The position numbers were made by a program, and so were the translations under genes. 64,000 bases of DNA, taken from contig OZ244621.1 in NCBI GenBank assembly GCA_965218425.1, positions 2,944,001-3,008,000 on the forward strand, written 5' to 3'. Shown piece after piece: positions 40,068 through 50,967 of this stretch (position 1 is its first letter; the number at the start of each line of letters is the position of its first letter). The DNA comes from an uncultured Candidatus Binatia bacterium (GTDB lineage: Bacteria > Desulfobacterota > Binatia > UBA9968 > CAXXLF01). The notes under the pieces were generated by a model. It was given only the letters and a program-made list of their open reading frames with translations. It made no database searches and had not been told where the DNA came from.

Positions 40068-40805
40068 ATGAATCTTCAGGGCTTAGACAAAAATCGGTTG
40101 CCCAAGCATGTGGCGATTATTATGGATGGCAACGGTCGTTGGGCAAAATTGCGGGGAAAGAGCCGAATCGAGGGTCACCGGATAGGTAAGTCTTCGGTAC
40201 GTGTGGTTGTGGAGTTGAGCCGAAAATTGGGTATCTCTTACCTTTCCTTATACGCCTTTTCGGCGGAAAATTGGCAACGCCCTAGAGAAGAAGTGGGTGC
40301 GTTGATGGAGATACTGGAACGCTACCTTTCCGATGAACAGGAAAGAATGATGCGAAACGGTGTGCGGCTCCTGGCCATTGGTGAGCGGGATCGGCTCCCG
40401 GGTTCGGTACAGCGGATTTTGGACTACATTATTGAAAAAACAAAGAACAATACCATGATTACGGTCATCCTGGCATTGAGTTATAGCGGACAGGACGATG
40501 TCGTAAAAATGGTCAGAAAGATCGCGCACGAGGTAAAAGCAGGACGTTGGGAACCCGAAGATATAAACGCGGAAATTATCTCAGCTCATACGGAGACGGG
40601 TGTGATTCCAAATCCGGATTTACTCATACGAACCAGTGGGGAGATGCGGATCAGCAATTTTTTCCTCTGGCAGATCCCCTATGCGGAACTTTATTTTACC
40701 CCCACCCTTTGGCCTGACTTTCGAGAGACCCAATACATCCAGGCATTGATTGAGTTCCAACGACGTCAGCGGAGATTCGGGGGGATCGATGAGCGGCAAC
40801 TTTAG
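40068..40805 (+). CDS. uppS: Undecaprenyl diphosphate synthase
   Basis: HVAIIMDGNGRWA, YAFS.ENW.RP, IRTSGEMRISNF. Confidence 0.96.
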   Translation: MNLQGLDKNRLPKHVAIIMDGNGRWAKLRGKSRIEGHRIGKSSVRVVVELSRKLGISYLSLYAFSAENWQRPREEVGALMEILERYLSDEQERMMRNGVRLLAIGERDRLPGSVQRILDYIIEKTKNNTMITVILALSYSGQDDVVKMVRKIAHEVKAGRWEPEDINAEIISAHTETGVIPNPDLLIRTSGEMRISNFFLWQIPYAELYFTPTLWPDFRETQYIQALIEFQRRQRRFGGIDERQL

Positions 40806-40841
40806 GGATCGCCTCACAGCGGCTCCGAGCCTGGCCCGGTG

Positions 40842-41639
40842 ATGCGGACTAGGGTGATCACAGCCCTGGTGGGGCTACCCCTCCTGATCCTCATGGTAGC
40901 CTTCGGTCACCGTTGGCATTTATTTTCTTCGTTTATTTTTATTTTTACCGTTGGCGCCTTGGGGGAATACTTCTTCATGGCTTTCCCCCACCAGGGAAAG
41001 AGGAGATTTCTGGGAATAGGTTTCGGTATTCTTGTTTCACTGATGATTTTTATCCCGGCAGTGGCGGAACCTGGATTGTTCCTGGCCTTCGTGTTGGTGG
41101 GGCTGTTTTCAAGCTTTCTTTTGTTTAGTGGAAACCTGGAGGATCGGTATCAAAGCCTGGGTTGGACTTTGCTAGGGGTGTTGTACGTAGGTTTTTTATT
41201 TCCCCATTTCGTTTTGATCCATCGAGGACCCGCGGGAATGATGTGGGTTTTCTGGCTGCTGCTGACGGTGTTCCTGTCGGATACGGCCGCCTATATTGCC
41301 GGGATTGCCTTGGGTAAAAGAAAGTTGTATCCTCAGGTAAGCCCAGCAAAGACCGTCGAGGGCGCCATCGGCGCATTACTCATTAGCGTTGCGGTGGGGA
41401 CATTGGCCGGGCGTCTAATGCTTCCCAATCTGTGCTGGTTTGAAGCGGTCCTGCTTTCCCTGGTGGTGGGATTGCTCGCACAAGTGGGAGATTTGGTAGA
41501 GTCAGGGATCAAAAGGGTGTTCTCAGTAAAAGACTCAGGACGGTTTCTTCCGGGACATGGGGGGCTTTTGGATCGGATCGATAGTCTTATTTTTCCCGCT
41601 GTATTCATTGCCCACTATACTCGACTACATTCCCTATGA
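40842..41639 (+). CDS. cdsA: Phosphatidate cytidylyltransferase
   Basis: SDTAAY, SP.KT.EG, GDLVES..KR...VKDSG..LPGHGG.LDR.DS. Confidence 0.95.
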   Translation: MRTRVITALVGLPLLILMVAFGHRWHLFSSFIFIFTVGALGEYFFMAFPHQGKRRFLGIGFGILVSLMIFIPAVAEPGLFLAFVLVGLFSSFLLFSGNLEDRYQSLGWTLLGVLYVGFLFPHFVLIHRGPAGMMWVFWLLLTVFLSDTAAYIAGIALGKRKLYPQVSPAKTVEGAIGALLISVAVGTLAGRLMLPNLCWFEAVLLSLVVGLLAQVGDLVESGIKRVFSVKDSGRFLPGHGGLLDRIDSLIFPAVFIAHYTRLHSL

Positions 41640-42808
41640 AATCCATTGCTATTCTGGGCTCCACGGGGTCCATCGGGGTCAGTACCCTCAAGTTGGTTCG
41701 AAGCTTTCCAGACAGGTTCCGGGCTCGAGGTTTAGTGGCGGGTAGAAACATTGAGAGGTTGGCGGAACAGACTGTGGAGTTCTCCCCTGAATGGGTGAGT
41801 ATCGGGAAGAAGGAAGACGTCCCCCGTTTGCAAGCCCTGTTGGGAAAACGAAAGACAGAGATCCTGTGGGGGGAAGAGGGTGCAAAAACCATAGCCGCAG
41901 CGCCGGAGGTGGATGTGGTGATCGCCGCAATTGTGGGTGGCGCGGGTTTGGTCCCTACCCTAGCGGCGGTTCAAGCGGGAAAAGAGGTTGGTCTGGCCAA
42001 TAAGGAAACCCTTGTCATGGCGGGGGAGATCTTTGTGCGTGAGGCAAGGCAGAGGGGTTCGAAGCTTCTTCCCGTGGACAGTGAGCATAGCGCTATCTTT
42101 CAGTGTCTTCAAGGTCATCGGAAGGAGGATGTTGACCGTATTATCCTTACAGCTTCCGGAGGGCCTTTTCTGCGTACCGCACTCAAGACTTTGGACCATG
42201 TAACAGTGAAGCAGGCGTTAAAACACCCCAATTGGAAAATGGGACCGAAAATAACCATTGATTCGGCGACCATGATGAATAAGGGGTTGGAAGTGGTGGA
42301 GGCGCGGTGGTTGTTCGATATGGAACCTGATCGGGTAGAGGTTGTCATCCACCCCGAAAGCATCGTTCACTCCATGGTACGGTACCAAGATGGCACAGTT
42401 ATTGCTCAATTAGGGATACCGGATATGCAAATTCCCATTGCCTATGCCCTGTCATGCCCCTATCGCCTAAAGATGAACCTTCCACCACTGAATTTGACAC
42501 AAAAGGGTAGACTTAATTTTCTCCCGGTGGAAAAAAAGAGGTATCCGGCCCTTGATTTGGCCTATGAAGCCCTAGCGGTGGGAGGGACCATGCCGGCGGT
42601 TCTCAATGCGGCCAATGAGGTGGCCGTGGGGGCTTTCTTGGACAAGCGCATCGGATTTCGCGATATTCATCGATTGATCGAGAGGACCACAGGGGCTCAC
42701 TCTTGGACACACCCCCAGGATATTGCGAAGATCCTTGAGGTGGATCGTTGGGCCCGGGATCATACAGCAGCTTTTGTAAATGACGGGCTGAAGGAGAACA
42801 GAAGATGA
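41636..42808 (+). CDS. dxr: 1-deoxy-D-xylulose 5-phosphate reductoisomerase
   Basis: LGSTGSIG, LANKE, PVDSEHSAIFQ, HPNWKMG.KITIDSAT. Confidence 0.97.
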   Translation: MKSIAILGSTGSIGVSTLKLVRSFPDRFRARGLVAGRNIERLAEQTVEFSPEWVSIGKKEDVPRLQALLGKRKTEILWGEEGAKTIAAAPEVDVVIAAIVGGAGLVPTLAAVQAGKEVGLANKETLVMAGEIFVREARQRGSKLLPVDSEHSAIFQCLQGHRKEDVDRIILTASGGPFLRTALKTLDHVTVKQALKHPNWKMGPKITIDSATMMNKGLEVVEARWLFDMEPDRVEVVIHPESIVHSMVRYQDGTVIAQLGIPDMQIPIAYALSCPYRLKMNLPPLNLTQKGRLNFLPVEKKRYPALDLAYEALAVGGTMPAVLNAANEVAVGAFLDKRIGFRDIHRLIERTTGAHSWTHPQDIAKILEVDRWARDHTAAFVNDGLKENRR

Positions 42809-43875
42809 TGAGTGTTACCTACGCGGTGGTGTCGGCCATAATCGCGCTAGGGATATTGATTGTATTCCACGAATTGGGTCACTTCCTTGTGGCAAAAAAG
42901 AGCGGGGTTGGGGTGTTGACCTTCTCCATCGGGTTCGGTCCTAAAATATTTGGAAGAAAAGTGGGGGAAACCGAATACGCGGTCAGTGCCTTCCCCTTGG
43001 GCGGGTATGTCAAAATGGTTGGAGAAGACCCCGATCAAGAGGTTCAGGCGGTCGACCACGAACGATCGTTTTCTAATCAAAGCTTGGCCAAGCGCTCAAC
43101 CATAGTCGCAGCTGGGCCGGTTTTTAATTTTATTCTTTCGATTTTAGTTTTTACCAGTATTTTCGTGTTCTTTGGGATGCCCGTCCTCACGACGCAAATT
43201 GGTGGTGTGGAGCCAAATTCTCCGGCGGATCGGGCCGGCCTGCAGAAAGGGGATCGTATCCTGTCCATCGGTACCCAGGCGGTAGAAAAGTGGGAAGACC
43301 TTTCCATGCAAATCAAGGAGAGTAACGGGAAACCCATGGTGCTTCGTGTGGAACGAGATGGCAGGCAGATGGATATTTCGGTTCAGCCCACAGAGAGGGT
43401 GGGGAAAACGGTTTTTGGCGAAGATACCACCTATTGGGTGGTTGGAATTGCCAGCGCTGTGGCCATCCAGAAGAGCAATCCCTGGATGGGGTTGTGGCAG
43501 GGATTTTATAAAACGGGTGAGTATTCCGTTCTGACGCTCGTGGCCCTCTTTAAAATGGTGACCGGAGATATCTCGCCCAAAAATCTGGGAGGACCTCTAC
43601 TCATCGCTCAACTTGCAGGTGAGCAGGCCCGTCAGGGTGTGTGGAACTTCCTATTTTTCGTTGCCATTTTGAGTGTAAATCTGGGTGTGTTGAATCTATT
43701 GCCAATTCCTATCCTTGACGGGGGGCATCTCTTCTTCTTCCTTCTGGAAGGGATGCGAGGCCGGCCGGTGGAACTCAGGCACCGTGAGAAAGCGCAACAG
43801 GTTGGGGTCTTTTTGTTGATCCTGATCATGATCTACGCTTTCTATAACGACATTGCGAGATTCTTTGAAGGTTAG
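42805..43875 (+). CDS. rseP: RIP metalloprotease RseP
   Basis: HELGH, GGYVKM, PDZ domain, NLLPIPILDGGH. Confidence 0.95.
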   Translation: MMSVTYAVVSAIIALGILIVFHELGHFLVAKKSGVGVLTFSIGFGPKIFGRKVGETEYAVSAFPLGGYVKMVGEDPDQEVQAVDHERSFSNQSLAKRSTIVAAGPVFNFILSILVFTSIFVFFGMPVLTTQIGGVEPNSPADRAGLQKGDRILSIGTQAVEKWEDLSMQIKESNGKPMVLRVERDGRQMDISVQPTERVGKTVFGEDTTYWVVGIASAVAIQKSNPWMGLWQGFYKTGEYSVLTLVALFKMVTGDISPKNLGGPLLIAQLAGEQARQGVWNFLFFVAILSVNLGVLNLLPIPILDGGHLFFFLLEGMRGRPVELRHREKAQQVGVFLLILIMIYAFYNDIARFFEG

Positions 43876-44134
43876 TCCTGGCTCGAAATCAATCAGGCGG
43901 AGAAAACAATTCTGACGAGCCCGGGACCTGAACGAAAAGCCCCGGGTAACTTAGATGAGGAATTCACCTCAAATTTATTGACCGAAATGTAATCGATATG
44001 TCGGCAACCCGCGCGCCGTTGGTCAAAGAATGTATCCGGATTGATTCTTTCTGTTGGATCGGGGTTAGCCGTCGGTTCTTGGTCCTCATTGTTCAGTTCG
44101 ATCGTTCTTTCAGCCTTACGCTGCTTGTGCTTTT

Positions 44135-44878
44135 ATGATTATTCTCGGGCTAGACACTTCCACAAGCGCGGCAAGCGTGGCCCTCATAGAAGATGGGAAA
44201 CTCATACTGGAAGATGTTCGTAGGGGGAACGCCAAGGGGCAAAAACCCACGGCTTTGATTCCCAGGGCCAACCACGCTGAAACCCTTCTTCCATCAGTGG
44301 AAGAACTTTTGAAAAACTCTGATCGTTCCTGGGAGCAGATCTCCGCTCTTGCTGTGGCCATCGGACCAGGTTCATTCACCGGTCTCAGGATAGGCCTTAG
44401 TACCGTGAAAGGTCTAGCCTATGGTTGGGATGTTCCCGTAATAGGGGTTCCCACGCTCCTGGCCGTGGCGGCACGTGTGACCGGTTGGACTGGATTGATT
44501 TGTCCACTTCTAGATGCGCGAAAGAAGGAAGTTTATACCGCTTTGTTCCGCACAAAGGAAGGCAGTGGGCCAGAACGCCTCACAGAGGACCTGGTTTGCT
44601 CGCCTGACCACATTTTTCAACATATGCAATCTCTTGGCGGAGAGGCGTACCTTATGATTGGGGATGGGACTGAAGTCTATGAAGGTTTGATTAAAGAGTA
44701 TTTTGGAGAAACGGTACTGGTTACCCAAGGAGACTCTTATCCCTCCATTGCCTATTCAGTGGCATCCATCGCAGAGCAGAGGTTGAGGAGGGGGGAATTG
44801 GATTCGCCGGACTCGCTAGTCCCCCTCTATTTAAGACCCTCCGAGGCGGAGCTCAAGTTGGTGTCCCGTAAAGGTTAA
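44135..44878 (+). CDS. tsaB: tRNA t6A biosynthesis protein TsaB
   Basis: LGLDTS, GPGSFTGLRIG, DARKKEVY, P.YLR. Confidence 0.94.
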   Translation: MIILGLDTSTSAASVALIEDGKLILEDVRRGNAKGQKPTALIPRANHAETLLPSVEELLKNSDRSWEQISALAVAIGPGSFTGLRIGLSTVKGLAYGWDVPVIGVPTLLAVAARVTGWTGLICPLLDARKKEVYTALFRTKEGSGPERLTEDLVCSPDHIFQHMQSLGGEAYLMIGDGTEVYEGLIKEYFGETVLVTQGDSYPSIAYSVASIAEQRLRRGELDSPDSLVPLYLRPSEAELKLVSRKG

Positions 44879-44940
44879 ATCCAGCAAATACGGCTTGGAA
44901 AGAGCCGTAATGGCTAGGATTTCAACCCTACGCAGCGTCG

Positions 44941-44969
44941 TTGACAAAATAGCTGGCGTGGGATAAATT
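44941..44969 (+). promoter_or_regulatory. Putative sigma70 promoter of DUF465-ilvBN
   Basis: TTGACA-N17-TAAATT. Confidence 0.55.
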
Positions 44970-45005
44970 CTCAGCTTCTGAGTCTGCATGTTAAGGAGGC
45001 CCTTC

Positions 45006-45248
45006 ATGGATCAGACTGAAGAAAGGCTTATCATTCCATTATTGGATAAGGACCCGGAGTTAAGAAGGTATTACGAAGAGCACCAGGACCTGGAAAACAA
45101 GCTCATGGCGTTTCAAAACCGGTCGTATCTATCGCCGGATGAGGAGATAGAGAAAAAGAAACTTCAGAAACTCAAGCTTGTGGGCAAAGACAAGATGATG
45201 GAGATAGTGAGTAAGTACCGTCAGACGGAGGCCCGGAAAGAGACTTAA
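45006..45248 (+). CDS. DUF465/YdcH-like small coiled-coil protein
   Basis: AGGAGG SD; EEHQDLE...LSP.EE.EKK.LQK.KL..KD; stop overlaps the ilvB start. Confidence 0.75.
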   Translation: MDQTEERLIIPLLDKDPELRRYYEEHQDLENKLMAFQNRSYLSPDEEIEKKKLQKLKLVGKDKMMEIVSKYRQTEARKET

Positions 45249-47041
45249 TGAAAAAAAATGGGTCCGAAATATTCGTAGAGATGCTCAAGCGCGAAGGGGT
45301 CAACGTTGTCTTTGGTATCCCTGGCGGTGTCGTGCTTAAAATCTTTGACGTCCTTCATCAGCAGAAAGACGTTGAAGTCATACTCACACGCCATGAGCAA
45401 GGGGCTGCCCACATGGCTGAAGGATACGCCAAGGCGACCGGTAAACCGGGGGTGGCATTGGTGACCTCGGGTCCAGGCATGACTAACATTGTCACTGGAT
45501 TGGCGGACGCATTTATGGATTCCGTCCCCCTGGTGGCCTTTACGGGTCAGGTTTCCACCCATCTAATCGGCAACGATGCTTTCCAAGAGGCGGACAACGT
45601 AGGCATTAGCAGACCATGCACCAAGCACAACGTCCTGGTCAAGGATGTAGGGGATCTCGCTGCAAACATTAAAGATGCCTTTCACATAGCCACCACTGGT
45701 CGACCGGGCCCCGTACTGGTGGACATTCCCAAGGATGTCAGTACCGATAGGACCGAGTTCAAATACCCGGAAAAGGTAAACCTACCAGGATATAACCCTA
45801 CCCTTGAAGGGAATAAGCATCAGATCAAGCAGGCCGCTGATGAGATCCTTAAGGCAAAGCGGCCGGTTCTCTACGTGGGGGGCGGGGCAATTTTTTCCGA
45901 TGCGGCCCCTGAGCTTTTAGAGCTGGCTGAGCTGACTCAGATCCCGGTCAATATGACCCTCATGGGTTTGGGATCGTTCCCTGGCACCCATCCGCTTTCA
46001 ATGGGGATGCTGGGGATGCACGGAGGTTATTGGGCAAACAAAGCGATGCACGAGGCGGACCTGCTCATTGCGGTGGGCGCGCGCTTTGATGATCGTGTCA
46101 CTGGAAACGTTGCCGGCTTTTCGCCCGGGGCCCGAGTCATTCATATCGATATCGATCCGACTTCCATCAAGAAGACAGTGAATGCCCATATCCCCATCGT
46201 CGGCGATGTGAAGGCCGTGTTGCGGCAGCTCAATGTCATGCTGCGTTCCCTGGACGGCGACCAGAAGGCTGTAAAGCAGCGGACGGAGGGATGGCTAAAA
46301 CAAATCCAGGGATGGAGACAATCTTTTCCCTTGAAGTATTCCCAAGACGCGAAGATTACCAAACCGCAGTACGTCATCGAAAAGCTCTATGAGCAAACCA
46401 AGAATCAGGCCATCGTGGTTACGGATGTGGGCCAACATCAGATGTGGGCCGCCCAGTATTTCAAAGGGGCGAGTTCAAGGACCTTTCTCACGTCGGGCGG
46501 GCTGGGAACCATGGGATTCGGTTTCCCGGCAGCCCTGGGTGCACAAAAGGCTTTCCCTGAAAAGACCGTGCTCTGTGTGACCAGCGAGGGGAGCTTCCAG
46601 ATGAACCTGCAGGAGCTGGCAGTGGCTCAGATCTATAAATTGCCGGTAAAAATCGCTCTGCTCAACAACCAGTGCCACGGTATGGTGAGGCAATGGCAGG
46701 ATCTGTTCTATGAAGGGCGGTACGCCTCGAGTCAGCTCGGGAACGTGCCCGACTTTGCAAAGCTGGCCGAGGCCTATGGGATCCTGGGACTGCGGGCTTC
46801 CAAGCCTTCGGAAGTGCAACCGCTGATCCGCGAAGGTTTGAAGCACAAGGGGCCGGTCCTGATGGACTTTCAAGTGGATCCCTTTGAGAGTTGTTATCCC
46901 ATGATCCCCGCTGGTGCGGCGCACAATGAAATGTACTTGGAAGACCCGCCTGAAATGAGAAGGGCCCAAAAAGGTGCACCAGCCAAGAAGAAGACCGAGG
47001 AGGAGGAGGAAGAAGAAGGGGAAGGGATTCTTCCCGCCTAA
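45248..47041 (+). CDS. ilvB: Acetolactate synthase large subunit
   Basis: RHEQGA.HMA.GYA, TSGPG.TN, DAFQE, RFDDRVT, GQHQMW, GGLGTMGFG. Confidence 0.96.
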   Translation: MKKNGSEIFVEMLKREGVNVVFGIPGGVVLKIFDVLHQQKDVEVILTRHEQGAAHMAEGYAKATGKPGVALVTSGPGMTNIVTGLADAFMDSVPLVAFTGQVSTHLIGNDAFQEADNVGISRPCTKHNVLVKDVGDLAANIKDAFHIATTGRPGPVLVDIPKDVSTDRTEFKYPEKVNLPGYNPTLEGNKHQIKQAADEILKAKRPVLYVGGGAIFSDAAPELLELAELTQIPVNMTLMGLGSFPGTHPLSMGMLGMHGGYWANKAMHEADLLIAVGARFDDRVTGNVAGFSPGARVIHIDIDPTSIKKTVNAHIPIVGDVKAVLRQLNVMLRSLDGDQKAVKQRTEGWLKQIQGWRQSFPLKYSQDAKITKPQYVIEKLYEQTKNQAIVVTDVGQHQMWAAQYFKGASSRTFLTSGGLGTMGFGFPAALGAQKAFPEKTVLCVTSEGSFQMNLQELAVAQIYKLPVKIALLNNQCHGMVRQWQDLFYEGRYASSQLGNVPDFAKLAEAYGILGLRASKPSEVQPLIREGLKHKGPVLMDFQVDPFESCYPMIPAGAAHNEMYLEDPPEMRRAQKGAPAKKKTEEEEEEEGEGILPA

Positions 47042-47053
47042 TCTCCGCCTGGC

Positions 47054-47572
47054 ATGGAACATATCATTTCAACTCTGGTAGAAAACAAGTTCGGTGTCTT
47101 GGCGCGCGTTGCGGGTCTGTTTAGTGCGCGGGGCTACAACATTGAAGCCCTTTCCGTTGCGCCCACCATGGAACCGTCCACTTCTATGATCACCATCGTC
47201 ACCGAGGGGGACGACCGCATCATCGAGCAGATCATCAAGCAGTTGAATAAGGTCATCGAGGTTCTCAAGGTAGTGGACCTGACCGAGGCGGATTTTGTGG
47301 AGAGAGAAACGGCGTTGATCAAAATCAATGCGAAGCCTGAACATCGCGACGAAGCCATTCGGATCTGTGAGATATTTAGGGCCAAGATCGTAGATTCCAC
47401 ACCCCAAACCTATACCATTGAGATTACTGGAGATCAGGACAAGATCCGAGCCATCATTAATCTGCTCCGCCCCCTGGGCATCAAGGAACTTGTGCGGACC
47501 GGCCGAGTGGCCATTGCCCGCGAAGCCGCCAGGGTGGCTCCCCGACACGAGCTCCAAGGCGCCAAGGCCTGA
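47054..47572 (+). CDS. ilvN: Acetolactate synthase small subunit
   Basis: LVENKFGVLARV.GLFSARGYNI, KQLNK, ELVRTG. Confidence 0.95.
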   Translation: MEHIISTLVENKFGVLARVAGLFSARGYNIEALSVAPTMEPSTSMITIVTEGDDRIIEQIIKQLNKVIEVLKVVDLTEADFVERETALIKINAKPEHRDEAIRICEIFRAKIVDSTPQTYTIEITGDQDKIRAIINLLRPLGIKELVRTGRVAIAREAARVAPRHELQGAKA

Positions 47573-47585
47573 GTCTTCGGAATAG

Positions 47586-47702
47586 GTGTTAAGTGTAAAG
47601 TGTTAAGTTCGCAGGTCAGGGAAGAAATTCCAAGCCGAAAACCTGATGGTCGTTGACACTCAATTCTTTTCTTAACGCTAAAGACTCAACTCTCAACGCT
47701 TT
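47586..47702. repeat. Inverted pair of 7-bp tandem repeats
   Basis: gtgttaa-gtgtaaa-gtgttaa followed about 60 nt later by the complementary cttaacg-ctaaaga-ctcaact-ctcaacg. Confidence 0.6.
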
Positions 47703-48234
47703 CTTCGCTGCTTTTTGCGTTTTCTTTGCGCCTTAGTCCTGCCGAAGGATAGAGCTTACTTGTTCTTACGGGAGTTGCCGTCCCCTCGCTCCGGTGGCTC
47801 CTCAGCGGGAAGCCTTAGCTGCTCGTTGAGGGCAGCGCCGAAACTCGCTTCGCTCAAACAGTTGACCCTTCTTTTCCTCAGCTTCGCAGAGGCGTCCGGC
47901 GCCTCAGAGCCAACCCCCGCTCAGGCACGCCCGCTCCCTTTGCATCGGTGGTGGGCTGAGGAGGGCTTGCTGAGCGGAACCTGGACGGAGCAGCGGGCAA
48001 CCCAGGGAGGTCGGCGTCGCATGAGCGCCGGAGTCGGCTCAAGGGGAATCTGAGATCGAGAGGGTTCGTGCGGGCGCTGGCTCGGTGGGCCGTTGCGGGA
48101 GGTCCGTGGAGGGAAGGAAGCCCCCGAAGCCCAGAGTGATAGGAATGGAGAATGTGCAAGCGTCATCTCCTCCAATCGGACCTGGTCAAAGATACAACTT
48201 GCGCCGCACTTTTTGGTACGCGCCTCACCGCAGG

Positions 48235-48264
48235 TTGACAGGGTGGGCATGGGGCAGATATCCT
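48235..48264 (+). promoter_or_regulatory. Putative sigma70 promoter of ilvC
   Basis: TTGACA-N18-TATCCT, about 30 nt before the ilvC ATG. Confidence 0.45.
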
Positions 48265-48289
48265 TAAAGCAATCATTAGAGGAGGATAA

Positions 48290-49309
<1,020 letters not shown>

Positions 49310-49387
49310 ACAAACCCTCAGGGTCAAGTGGTGGGCAATCGGTATGAATTGAAAGTCTATGGACGGTTGCCTGGAAACTAGCAGCCG

Positions 49388-50041
49388 GTGGTAAATGGTT
49401 TAAGGATTAAATTGAGAATCGCGAGAGAAGGTTATCCATGGATACTTGCCGCGGGCATTCTTGCCCTGGTTGCGCTTTTGATCGGCTGGAATGGGATGGG
49501 CGGAATTCTTATTTTGTTCGCCTTGAGTTTCGCCGGTTTTTTTCGGGATCCGGAAAGAACCCCTCCGGCCGGCGATGGTCTTGTCCTGGCTCCCGCTGAT
49601 GGTAAGGTTGTAGCCGTTGTAAAGGAGCCGGAGGAAGGAAAAGAAGGGGAAGGAGCAACCACGAGGGTCAGCATATTTCTGTCCCTGTTTGATGTTCATG
49701 TGAATCGTGCTCCTATCAAAGGAGCGGTAGAAAAGGTACAATATCAACCCGGAAAGTTTCACGCCGCCTATCGGGACGATGCATCCCAGGCCAACGAGCA
49801 GAATGCCGTTCGGCTGGTTGACTCCATGGGTAAGAGTTTGAATGTTGTGCAGATCGCGGGCCTAGTGGCTAGACGCATCATCTGTTACGTGAAAGAGGGG
49901 GAGACATTGGAAAGGGGCCAGCGATTCGGTTTGATCATGTTTGGGTCGCGGGTGGATCTGTTTATGCCTCCAGCTTCCAGGGTGGAGATTGCCGAGGGGC
50001 AAAGGGTGAAGGCTGGAGAGACCATTATAGGAAGGCTTTGA
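49388..50041 (+). CDS. psd: Phosphatidylserine decarboxylase proenzyme
   Basis: FFRDPER, APADG, DVHVNRAP, autocleavage FGSRVD. Confidence 0.93.
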   Translation: MVNGLRIKLRIAREGYPWILAAGILALVALLIGWNGMGGILILFALSFAGFFRDPERTPPAGDGLVLAPADGKVVAVVKEPEEGKEGEGATTRVSIFLSLFDVHVNRAPIKGAVEKVQYQPGKFHAAYRDDASQANEQNAVRLVDSMGKSLNVVQIAGLVARRIICYVKEGETLERGQRFGLIMFGSRVDLFMPPASRVEIAEGQRVKAGETIIGRL

Positions 50042-50892
50042 TGAATCGGAATAGCGAGCTCGAAGAAGAAAAACTATCCCTGCGCGGAGTCCGACTTCTA
50101 CCCCGCAAGGGATTGGGACGCGGAGCCTTTAAACGGAAGGTGCCCTCGGCTCAGTTGAAGAAAGGCATTTTTCTGATTCCAAGTCTATTTACCACTGGAA
50201 ACCTCTTTTGCGGCTTCTTCTCCATGATCGCAGCCATAGAAGGTCAGTTCCTACAGGCCGCCGTTCTCATCGTTCTGGCTCACCTGCTGGACGGTCTCGA
50301 CGGAGCGATTGCGCGTGTTACCAAGACTACAAGCCAGTTTGGCGTGGAATTCGATTCGTTGGCGGATCTGATCTCCTTCGGTGTCGCACCCGCGATGCTG
50401 GCGTATTTTTGGGCGCTTTCCCCCTTGGGGATCTGGGGGTGGTTGGCTGCGAGCCTTTACGTGATTTGCGGTGCTCTCAGGCTTGCCCGCTTTAACGTTC
50501 AGGCCGGTACCGTGGAAAAGACCCATTTTATTGGGCTGCCTATTCCGGCGGCGGCGGAAATGGTTGTGGCTACGTCCCTCATGTACCAGTTTCTTGGCGG
50601 GGCCGCGGCCTTCCATAAACCGATTATCTTGCTCCTGGTGATCTATGGGCTTGCCGGGTTGATGGTGAGCAATTTCCGGTATATGAGTTTGAGGCAATTG
50701 GACCTGAAAAGGAGGCATCCCTTCTGGTTGTTGCTTTCTGCCATCTTACTCATTAAATTGAGTATTGCGGAGCCGCAGATCATGTTGTTTAGTGTATTTC
50801 TTTTATATACCCTATCGGGACCGCTCTTGGGGCTCTTCTCGATATTCAATCGGGGGAGGGAGAAGAGAGGGGAACACGCAGAGTCACTATAA
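50041..50892 (+). CDS. pssA: CDP-diacylglycerol-serine O-phosphatidyltransferase
   Basis: DGLDG.IAR...S.FG.EFDSLAD..SFG, RLARFN, F.GLPIP. Confidence 0.93.
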   Translation: MNRNSELEEEKLSLRGVRLLPRKGLGRGAFKRKVPSAQLKKGIFLIPSLFTTGNLFCGFFSMIAAIEGQFLQAAVLIVLAHLLDGLDGAIARVTKTTSQFGVEFDSLADLISFGVAPAMLAYFWALSPLGIWGWLAASLYVICGALRLARFNVQAGTVEKTHFIGLPIPAAAEMVVATSLMYQFLGGAAAFHKPIILLLVIYGLAGLMVSNFRYMSLRQLDLKRRHPFWLLLSAILLIKLSIAEPQIMLFSVFLLYTLSGPLLGLFSIFNRGREKRGEHAESL

Positions 50893-50919
50893 CTCCCTTT
50901 CCATGTTCGAATTTTGATG

Positions 50920-50953
50920 ACTCCCGTTGGCCCCGCCGCGGGAGTTTTTGTTT
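50920..50953 (+). terminator. Intrinsic-terminator-like hairpin immediately upstream of leuA
   Basis: ACTCCCG...CGGGAGT stem followed by TTTTGTTT. Confidence 0.65.
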
Positions 50954-50967
50954 ACGGAGGCCTGTAG

